DNA of 64,000 bases, from assembly GCF_000143415.4 (NCBI RefSeq), contig NW_003314324.1:410011-474010 (forward strand), in the 5' to 3' direction. Of the stretch, positions 48,518 to 58,698 are shown piece by piece. Both the position numbers and the translations under genes were made by a program. This stretch comes from Selaginella moellendorffii (Eukaryota > Plantae > Lycopodiophyta). The notes beneath the pieces are model-generated. The model did not search any database. It was not told the origin of the DNA and worked only from the letters and a program-made list of their open reading frames with translations. Every line of letters begins with the position of its first letter. The first letter of the stretch is position 1.

Positions 48518-49450
48518 ATGGCCGATCCGCAATCTCCTCCTTTGACTCTAGAGCAGCAGTTGGTTCAATTACTTGATGCTATGCGCTTGCAATTGAACAA
48601 CCAAACTCAGTTGATGGCGGCGTTCACGGCACATGGTACAACTCCTCCTGCTTTTGGTGCCAATCCTCGCGTTCGGCCGGAGTTCTTTCGTGGGAATCCT
48701 GGGGATGATGTGTACCATTGGTTCGATCACTTCACGGTGATTGCCACATATCATTCTTGGGATGATGCTCGACGTTTGCGTGAGTTCCCCACATGCCTTC
48801 AAGGGACGGCATTGCAGTGGTACAATGGATTGAGCGCAGCTACTCGTGGCGATTGGAGTGTTCTTCCGGACGTCTTCAAACGCGCCTTCGGACACGCTGA
48901 CGATTGTGATGATGCCTTCCAACAATTGCATCGTCTTCGCCAAGGGCTATCTGAGTCGGTGATGCAATTTGGCGTTCGTTTCCGAAGTCTTTTGCTTCGT
49001 GCGGAGCCAAATATGTCGGAGCGGATCAAGCTAGGAATGCTGTGGCCAGCACTTCGTCAAGATCTTGTTGGACTTGTGCATGCACTTGCTCCTGCCACTC
49101 TTGACGATGCTCTTCGCTTGGCACAACGTTATGAGACGTCGCCTCTTCCACTTCTTGCTACACGTCCTTCAGCTCCACTTCCTATGAGTGATGGTCCTGT
49201 TCCCATGGAGGTTGATGCTGCTGCTACTCGAGTCCAAGGACAAGGGCGAGGACGTGGTCGTGGCCGTGACGTTCGTTGCTGGGCGTGTGATGAAGTTGGT
49301 CATACTTATCGGCGTTGTCGGCGCTTTCCGGATTGGCGACCTCCATTTCCTGGGTGGAGACCTTGGCGTCAGCAACGTCCCGTTGGTGCTGCTGCGGTGG
49401 AAGGTTTGGATACCGAGGTGCATTCGGGAAACGAGGAGTCGCGCAAGTAA
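48518..49450 (+). CDS. gag: gag of A2 (310 aa)
   Basis: Retrotrans-gag-like core (LQGTALQWY, LRQGLSESV), GPVPMEVD, and knuckle CWACDEVGHTYRRC. Confidence 0.9.
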   Translation: MADPQSPPLTLEQQLVQLLDAMRLQLNNQTQLMAAFTAHGTTPPAFGANPRVRPEFFRGNPGDDVYHWFDHFTVIATYHSWDDARRLREFPTCLQGTALQWYNGLSAATRGDWSVLPDVFKRAFGHADDCDDAFQQLHRLRQGLSESVMQFGVRFRSLLLRAEPNMSERIKLGMLWPALRQDLVGLVHALAPATLDDALRLAQRYETSPLPLLATRPSAPLPMSDGPVPMEVDAAATRVQGQGRGRGRGRDVRCWACDEVGHTYRRCRRFPDWRPPFPGWRPWRQQRPVGAAAVEGLDTEVHSGNEESRK

Positions 49451-49489
49451 TGGAGGGACCTTGCGCGAATAAGTTAGTGACCCCTCCAT
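49426..49489 (+). promoter_or_regulatory. -1 ribosomal frameshift signal (GGGAAAC plus H-type pseudoknot)
   Basis: G_GGA_AAC in the gag frame and a 6-nt spacer. Stem 1 is TCGCGCAAG/CTTGCGCGA and stem 2 is ATGGAGGG/CCCTCCAT. pol lies in the -1 frame. Confidence 0.8.
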
Positions 49490-52400
49490 CTTTCTTTCGG
49501 GAGTATCATCAACGGGTTCACTCGGCACCGGTTCATCCAGTGTTTACTTTCCAAGCTCGTTTTTATAACAAGAGGTCTCCTATTCTTCTCTCCGTGTTGG
49601 TTGATACAGGTTCGAGTTTATCTTCTATTGCTCGACCTGTTGCCACACGTTGTTGTCTACACTTGCGTCGTGCGGCGGATCCAGTTTTCATTCTTTATGG
49701 CAACGGCCGTACACATGCATGTGCACGAGATGAGGCGGACCTGGTTGTGCGTGTGGGTAATCTCGAGCTTGAGTTGCAGTCGTTGCGGGTGGTGCCGAGT
49801 CAAGCTTTTGACCTCATTCTTGGTATGGATTGGTTGCAACACAATCATGCCAAGTGTGACTTTGAGGCTTTTCCCCCTTGTCTCATACTTCCTTATGTTT
49901 CATCCATTCCTCTCACTTCCGTACCTCTTCGTCCCTCTACTTCTACCTCTGCTTCCATTACTTTTGTTCCCCCATTATTTCCTCTTGTGTCTCCATCTTG
50001 TTCTGCTCTTCCCTTTTCCGATCCCTCTGATGATCTTTGTGTTGCAGTTGTTGACCAGCTCATGAAGGAGTATTCTGATCTCTTTGAATTTGACCTATCG
50101 TCTGGGGCCAAGATTGCCACACGTCATCCCATTCCAACCGGGGATGCTCGTCCAATCAAGGTTCCTGTTCGTCGTCGGTCACCCAAGGAGATCAAGATTT
50201 TGCGTGCCAACGTCAAGGAGATGTTGGAGAAGGGTGTTATTCGGAAGTCACGGAGTCCTTGGGCATGTGAACCTCATCTTGTGACGAAGCCTGATGGGAG
50301 TATTCGTTTCTGCATCTACTATTGTCCGTTAAATGAAGTGACGATCCTGGACGTGTACCCTCTTCCTCACACTGCTGATCTCTTGGATCGTCTGGGGCGA
50401 AGTCATTGGTTCACCAAGCTAGATCTTGCTTCTGGGTATTGGCAAGTACCGATGGCTGAAGACGATATTCCTAAGACTGCTTTTCGTACACCATTTGGTT
50501 TGTACGAGTTTTTGGTGATGCCGTTTGGTTTGAACAATGCTCCAGCAACTTTCCAGCGGATGATGGACGAGGTTCTTTGCGATATGCCAGAGGTGACGGC
50601 TGACTTCATTGATGATGTCTTGATCCACTCGGAGGGGACGTGGGAGGAGCATGTTCGTGATGTTTGTAAAGTGTTGGATCGGCTACGCGACGTTGGTTTA
50701 AAGCTGAAGCGGTCGAAGTGCGTGTTTGGGTCTAAGGACACAACTTATCTTGGGTACCGTATTTCTCGTGAGGGTTTGCAAGTTGATCCTGACAAACTTG
50801 TGGCTGTTCTAAAGTTCCCTACTCCGAAGTGTGTGAATGATGTGCAGCGCTTTTTAGGTAACGTGCAGTATCTCGGTCGTTTTGTAGATCATCTTTCTGA
50901 TCGCACTATACCATTGCGAGCGTTGCTGAAGTCATCAACGTCATCTTTCATCTGGTCTCCCGATTATGAGCGGGCGTTCGTGAATCTCAAAGAGCTATTG
51001 ACGACTCCTCCGGTTTTGGCATATCCTGACTACACTCAACCTTTTATTTTGCGCGTGGATGCTTCTGACATTGGTCTTGGAGGTGTGTTGATGCAAGAGA
51101 GCTCGAGTGTGCCTGGTCAGCGCCATCCCATTGCATACATAAGCCGTACATTACAACCAGCGGAGGTGAACTACTCCACGACGGAGAAGGAGTGTTTAGC
51201 AGCAGTCTGGGGTTTCGAGAAACTTCATGCCTATCTACATGGTTCTCGGACGTTACTTGAAGGTGACCATGCTGCTGTTACTTCATTATTGAAGCGGAAG
51301 AACCTGGTTGGTCATATGGCTCGATGGGCTTTGAAGCTTCAGATATATAATTTCGATGTTGTTCATCGCCCAGGGAGTTCTATGGCTGATGCTGATGCCC
51401 TTTCTTGAGCTCCTCTTCCTTCTCCACTCACTTCTCATGTTTCTGACGAACCTGTTGTTCCAGCATCTGTGGATTTTCTAGATGAGGATTCTGTGCCGTC
51501 GGCAGTTGCTGTCCTTGACGTTCAGTGTCCACAGGGCGTAGAGCAAGATCTACCTTCTCTGGATGAGGTTCGCGAGGCTCAAAAGATTGAGCCGTGGATT
51601 CAAAGGCTTCGAGATGGGTTTGAGAATCCTGCATCACTTGCTGATGACTTGCCTTTTCGGCATTTACATTCTCAATATCGCTTTGAAGATGGCCTTCTTT
51701 ATTTTGTGGGGACAGATCCTGATGCTCATTTACGGCTGGTGGTGCCTTCGGTGTTTATTCCGCGGTTTCTCCATGCCTACCATGATTCTCCTATTCTAGG
51801 TGGGCATATGGGACACCATCGTGTCACCGAGAAGCTGCGCAGATCTTTCTATTGGCCAGAGATGCGACGTGATATTATCCGGTATGTGCGTAGCTGCGTT
51901 TGGTGCCAAGCTCGTAATACTCCCCCTTGTGCTGCGGAAGGACAGTTGGAGTCAATTGCAGTTTCTCGTCCGTTTGAGTTGGTGGCGTTTGATCTTATGG
52001 GACCTTTTCCGCGATCGACTGCTGGCAATGAGTATATTATTATTGCTTCTGACTACTTGACTCGTTGGGTGGAAGTTGGTGCTCTTGCTAGTGCTTCTAC
52101 AACTGCTGTTGGATACTTCCTCCTCAATCGAGTGGTGTTCCAGCATTCTTGTCCAGAACGGATTCTTTCGGATAATGGTCCTGCATTTATGGCTGAGGTA
52201 TTTCATGTTTTGACATCTCGGTTGGGGATACGCCACACTTTTACGAGTGCTTATCATCCACAATCAGACGGTCTGGTGGAACGGCTCGTTCGGATATTCA
52301 AAGGGATGATTGCGAAGTATGTGAACTTTCAACATTCGGATTGGGATGGTTATTTGCCGTCTCTTCGGTATGCTTATGTCACAGGGGTGTAGAGTTCTGT

Positions 52401-52914
52401 TGGTGCTTCACCATATAAACTTCTATATGGTCATGATCCAATATTACCAACCGAGCTGGGTTTACCTTCGCGATTGCCACGAGCTCCTGATGCTAGGTCA
52501 TGGGATCAATATTTGACAAGCATTCTTCCACTTGTCCGAGCAGAGTCTGCTGAACACTTAGGCCGCGTACAAGTGGGACAACAACGGCGCTACAATTCCC
52601 ATCATCGTCCACCAGCGGAGTACAAAGTGGATGATTTAGTGTTAGTCCGTTTTCCCCATCTTACGGTACGTGGTTTATCTAAGGGGCTCCTTGCGCAGTG
52701 GAAAGGACCGTATCGGGTGTTGCGGCAAGTTGGACCACAAGTTTATGAGGTTCGGCATGACGTTCAGCAGGCCGATCCTCCGGAGATTGTGCATGTGCAG
52801 CAGTTAAAACGCTTTATACAAAGGGATCAGGAGCAGTTAATACCGTCTACAGATCCACCGATGCCTCCTCTTGACGTTCCTCCAGATCCCGGCCCATCTA
52901 CAAGAGAACCCTGA
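49432..52914 (+). pseudogene. pol: pol of A2 (PR-RT-RH-INT), with two in-frame stops
   Basis: VLVDTGS, LDLASGYWQV, MPFGLNNAP, FIDD, RVDAS, NYSTTEKE, HHCC, FDLMGP, SDNG, YHPQSDGLVER and WKGPY. Stops at 51406 (CGA in A1) and 52390. Confidence 0.9.
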
Positions 52915-53197
52915 CGGCCTTCCATTATTCCGAGAGGAGGGGATGATGTGAGGGCCAAGTGTACAGCTACGATGCCGTATACTAATATTAGCGTAGTGGA
53001 TTTTGGTAGCCGTCGGATTGGTTTCAATCCGGACCATTCACTCCTGTATATAAGCTAGGGTTTTTGGGCTAATTGATATGCACATTTCTGTATTCCCTTT
53101 CCATATTCCATGCACTCACAGAAGGTGTAAAGAATATATCATAAGTATTAGGTATATTTTAGAGTATATCTTAATTTAGCAATTTTTATTTTGACTT

Positions 53198-54161
53198 TAT
53201 GAGGTTCAATTGTAACACTACAATGTTGTATATTAATATTATTGCAGTGGGATTTTGATAACCATTAAATTGGTTTCAATTAAAATCATTTTCTTCTGTA
53301 TATAAATTATTGGCTAATTGATATGCACATTTTTATATTTCATTTCCATATTTCATGCACTCACATTTGTGAAGAAGAGAAGTAATTTTCATTGTCTTTA
53401 AAAGTGTCTGGATTTTGGATTTTGGTTTAGATATACCTTTTGTATCATTTAGATCTCTCTTTTCTTATAGCTTTTTCAATTTTTTCTCTTTTACTTTTTC
53501 CTTTTTATTTATCTTTATGGTAGAGCAGCAACTTCCTCCTCCTTTGGTTGGTATAATTGCTCAATGCTATATGGTTATAATTAAACAATCAAACTCAGTT
53601 AATAGTAACATTTACATCGCATGGTACAGCTCTTCTTGCTTTTACTGCCAATCTTTGTGTTTAGCCGAAGTTCTTCTATAGGAGTTCTAGAGATGATATA
53701 TATTATTAGTTTGATCATTTTATGGTGATTGCCACATATAATTCTTGGGATGATGCTCAACGTCTGCATGAGTTTCCCATGTGTCTCCAAGAAATGGCAC
53801 TATAGTGGTAAAATTGTTTGAGTGTAGCCATTTATGCATTCTTCCAGATGTCTTCAAATGTGCATTTTGACATACCAATGATTGTGATAATATCTTCCAA
53901 CAATTGCATTGTTTTTGTCAAGGGCCATTTGAGATGTTATGGCCAACACTTCGTCAAAATTTTGTAGTACTTGTCACCCTTGACAATACTCTTTTTTTGG
54001 CAATTATGAGACATCACCTTTTCCACTTCTTGCTACATGTCATTTAATTCCACTTCCTATAGGAGATGGTCCTATTCCAATGGAAGTTGATGTTGTTACT
54101 GCTCGAGTTTAAGAACGAAGGTGAAAATGCAGTCATGGCCATGATATCCACTGTTAGACGT
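53198..54161 (+). mobile_element. Family A copy A3, 5' LTR and decayed gag
   Basis: LTR at about 53198-53365 followed by a leader and gag collinear with 48285-49285. It is cut at 54161. Confidence 0.8.
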
Positions 54162-55735
54162 ACCATGCAACTGTAGTGCTGCCTTGTGGGCTCAATGGCG
54201 TGATCCACAACCATGGAAGCGAAGAAGCTCTTTCCTGCTTGAAAGCTGCCTTTGTGGCTGTTTGCGGCCAGGATGGATGCAAAGCACGATGTGTTTGGGG
54301 AATCAACGGCCTGCATTTCATTGAAGAGATGAAAGGCCTTGCTGGCAGTGGTGCTTACTTGTGCATATGAAGCTATCATGGAGCTCCACAAGATTTGGTC
54401 TCTGTCAGGGGCTGTATCAAAAAGTTTCCTTCGTATACAATATGGCCTTCTCGGGAAAATGCAGATATCAAAACATCCCAGGTCACAATGTTGCGTTCTA
54501 GCATGCTATGAAAGAGTAAAGCAGCTTCACGTAGTTTGCTAGTTAGAACAAACGCATTTAACATTGTGTTCCATGAAACCATATCCATTTCGGGCATCTC
54601 TTTAAAGAGTCTTAAAGAAAAGTCACAATGCCCTGATTGAGCATACGCCGAAAGAATAGAGTTCCAAGAGCACAAGTCTCGCTGCAGCATTTGATCAAAG
54701 GTGGCCTTCACAAGATCCAAGTCTGAGGGTTGCGAGAGCAGCATTATCATACAGGAAGTAAGATCAAGCTCCGGCATTTGATAGAAAAAGCTCTTGGTTT
54801 CCTCCCCGGGGCTGTTCTTGGCAAGAACAGCAAGCATTGTTGTCCATGACGAGAGAGCTCTCTGCGGCATGGAGTCAAATATAAGCTTTGATTGTCTAGC
54901 ATCACAGCAGCATCACATCACGGTGTTGCACGAAACGAGATCTATCTTAGGCATCTCGCGGAAAATTCTTTGTGCCAAATTGACGTTCAGTGCGTAGGAG
55001 CCAAGCATTGTGGTCCAGGCGACGAGATCATGCTGCGGCATTGCATCAAACAAAAGCTTTGCTCCATGCAAATCTCCACCTGCGACAAGGCAACCAAGAT
55101 TGTTGTTCACGACACAAGGTCATGAGCCTCCATTGAATCGAAAACATGTTTCACTCCCTCTACATGCCCTTTCCGGGCATATGCCGCAAGAATGGAATTC
55201 CAAGACACGAGATCATACTCGGGCATCCTGGAGATAATTCTCTGGGCATTTTTTAGATCCCAGCTATGTGCGTGGACTGATAGGATTGCGTTCCATGAGA
55301 GAAGGCTGTGTTACGGCATCTCATCAAATGTTTTTTGGGCATTGAGAACATGCCCGGTTCAGGCATATGCTAAGAGCATGCCCAGTTCAGGCATATGCTA
55401 AGAGCATGGATGTCCATGCAAAGACATCCTTTTGTGGCATTTTGTTGAAGATCTCTTTTGCATGTTTAAGATGGGAGTTTTGAGTGTAAGCTTGAAACAT
55501 GAAAGCCCATGAAAAGGAGTCTTTGTGTTTGATGGTATCAAAGATTTGGAGTGCCTCTTGTGGGCTTCCATATTTGCCAAAGAGTTTGTTGCTGAGGAAG
55601 GAATCATGGATGATTCCTTTTAAGATTCAAGTAAATCTCTCTTGCTTCATAAAGGCTTTTGCAGGATTGAATAAAATGAATGTTAGAGTTTCTGTTCATA
55701 GTCCAACCCAAAATATTGGAGTCAAGATTGTTGTA
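54161..55735 (-). pseudogene. PPR2 5' part, inverted and frameshifted
   Basis: Reverse complement of about 33140-34713 with indels. Confidence 0.85.
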
Positions 55736-55832
55736 AGAACATATCTAGATTAAATAATATTTAATAATAATAATAATAACTCATTATTAAAAGAATAATT
55801 TGTTTGTAACACTGTTTTGTTAAATTTTTGTT

Positions 55833-58698
55833 TGTGAGTGCATGGAATATGGTAATATGAGTGCATGAAATATGGAAAGGGAATACAGAAAATATACATA
55901 TCAACTAGCCCAAAAACCTTAATTTATATACAAAAGCGAATGGTCTAAATTGAAACTAAACTGACGGCTACTAAAATCCCATTATGCTAATATTAGTATA
56001 CAGTATTGTAGCTGTACATTTGAACCTCACATCATCCCCTCCTCTCAAAATAATAAAAGACCATCAAGGTTCTTTCGTAGATGGGTTGGGATTTAAAAGA
56101 ACATTAAAAGGAGGCATTGGTGGATTTGTAGGTGGTACTAGTTGTTCTTGATCCTTTTGTACGAAGCTGTTTCAACCAGTACAAAGGATCAACCTGCTAA
56201 ACGTCAGCTGAACCTCATAAACTTGCGGTCCAACTTGCCGTAACACTTGATATGGTCCTTTCTATTGAGCAAAGAGCCCCTTAGATAAACTATATACTAA
56301 AAGATGAGGAAAATAGACTAACACCAAGTCATCCACTTTATATTTTGTAGGTGGACAATGATAGGAGTTGTAGTGCCGTTGTTATCCCACTTGTACATGG
56401 CCTAAGTGTTCAACAAACTCAGCTTAGACAAGTGGAAGAATGCTCGTCAAATATTGATCCCATAACTTAGCATCGGCAGCTTGTAGCAATCACGAAAGTA
56501 GGTAATATTGGATCATGACCATATTGGAGTTTATATGGTGAAGCACTAATAGAACTTTACACCCTTGTGATATATGCATATTGAAGAGACGGCAAATAAC
56601 TATTGCAATTCGAATGTTGAAAGTTCATGTACTTCACGATTATCCCTTTAAATGTCTGAAAGAGCCATTCCACTAAACCGTCTGACTGTGAATGATAAGC
56701 ATTTGTGAAAGTGTGGCATATTCCCAACCAAGATATTAAAACATAAAATGCCTCAGCCATAAACATAGGACCATTAGCTGAAACAATATGCTCCGAACAA
56801 GAATGTTGGAACACCACTCGATTAAGGAGGAAGTATCCAACAACAATTGCAAAAGTGCTAACAAGAGCACCAATTTCCACTTAGTGAGTTAAATAGTCAA
56901 AAGTAATAATAACATACTCATTGCTAATAGTTGATCGTGGAAAAAGTCTTATAAGATCAAACACTACCAACTCAAATGGATGGGAAACTACAAGTAACTC
57001 TAATCGTCCTTTTGCAGCACAAAGGGGACTTTTACGAGCTTAGCACTAGATGTAGTTACATATATACTAGATAACATCACGTTGTATCTCCTTCCAATAG
57101 AAAGACTTGTGTAATTTCTTGGTCACACGACAATGTCTTATATGCCACATAAAATAGGAGAATTATGGTAGGCATGGAGAAACCATGAAATAAAAATTGA
57201 AGGCACCACTAACCGTAAATGATCATTATGATCTATCCCCACAAAATAAAGAAGGTTGTCTTCAAGGCGATATTAAGAATGTAAATGCTGAAATAACAAG
57301 TCATCAGCTAATGATGTAAGATTCTCAAAGCCATCTCAAAGCCTTTGAATTCACAACTCAATTTTTTTAGCCTTGCAAACCTTATCAAGATAAGGTAAAT
57401 CTTGCTCTACACCTTGTGGACACTAAATATCAAGTATAGCAACTACCAATGGTATAGAATCTTTGTTTAGAAAATTCACAGATGCTAGAACAATAAGCTC
57501 ATAAAAAATATAAAAAAAAGAGCGAAGAAGGAAGAGGAGTTCGAAAAAGGGCATTAGCATTAGCCATAAAACTCTCTAAATGATGAATAACATCAAAATC
57601 ATATATTTGAAGCTTCAAAGCCCACCAAGTAGTATGACCAATTAGGTTCTTTTGCTTCAATAATGAAGTAATGCCAGCATGATCACCTTCCAGTAATGTC
57701 TGAGAACCATGGAGATATGCATGAAGTTTCTCAAAACCCCAAATTGCTACTAAACATTCCTTCTTTGTTAGAGTAGTTCACCTTTGCTAGTTGTAATGTA
57801 TGGCTTATATATGCAATAGGATGGTGCTGACTAAACACACTCGGGCTCTCTTGCATCAATACACCTCTAATACCAATATCAAAAGCATCCATGCACAAAA
57901 TAAAAGGTCGAGTGTAGTCAAGATACGCCAAAACTGGAGGAGTCATCAAAAGCTGATCGCACTACACTATTTTGAGTATTGCTAAAGTCATCAACGTCAT
58001 TTTTCATCTGGTATAGGGACTGTGAGTGAGTGTTCATGGATCTCAAAGAGAAAGATGATCCACAAAACAACCGAGATACTGCACTTTGCCCAGGAAGCAC
58101 TGCATATCATTCACACATGTCGGAGTAGAAAAATTTAGAATAGCTATAAGTTTGTCAAGATCAACTTGCAAACCCTCACGAAAAATAAGGTACCCAAGAT
58201 AAGTCATGTCTTTGGACCCAAATACGCACTTCAACTGTTTCAACTTTAAAACAACTTCCTGTAACCAATCCAACACTTTATGACTATCATGGGTGTGTTT
58301 CTCTTATTTCCCCTCCAAGTGGATCAAGATATTATCAATGAAGTTAGCAGTCACCTCCAGTATATTGCAAAGAACCTCATTCATCATCTGTTGGAAAGTC
58401 GCTAGAGCATTGTTCAAACCAAATGGCATCACCAAAAACTCATATAAACTAAATGATGTATGAAAAGCAATCTTAGGAATATCATCTTCGATCATCGGTA
58501 CTTACTAGTACCCAAAAGCAAAATCTAGCTTAGTGAACTAACAACTTCTCCCCAAATGACCTAATAGATTAGTAATGTGAAAAAAAGAGTATACATTCAG
58601 GATTGTCACATTGTTTAATAGACAATAGTTAATGTAGAAATGATTACTCCCATTAGGCTTTATCACAACATGAGGTTTACATGCCCAAGGACTCCATG
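55833..58698 (-). mobile_element. Family A copy A3, inverted pol and 3' LTR (55833-56031)
   Basis: Reverse-complement match to A2 RT-RH-INT, PPT and LTR. It shares the GAGGTTCAA LTR variant with 53198. Confidence 0.85.

Larger units (their letters stand above)
48111..53120 (+). mobile_element. Ty3/gypsy family A, copy A2 (near-intact, 5.0 kb)
   Basis: 174-bp LTRs at 48111-48284 and 52947-53120 (7 transitions counted), 4-bp TSD GAAG, PBS TGGTGGAGATG (tRNA-Ala-like) and PPT GAGAGGAGGGGA. Confidence 0.95.
14290..55830. repeat. Tandem segmental duplication of about 3 units (PPR1-Lnt-like-PPR2-Gly-rich pair-calnexin)
   Basis: Collinear, near-identical blocks at about 14290-37950, 38860-45470 and 45570-55830, differing by TE insertions, deletions and an inversion. 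Confidence 0.9.
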
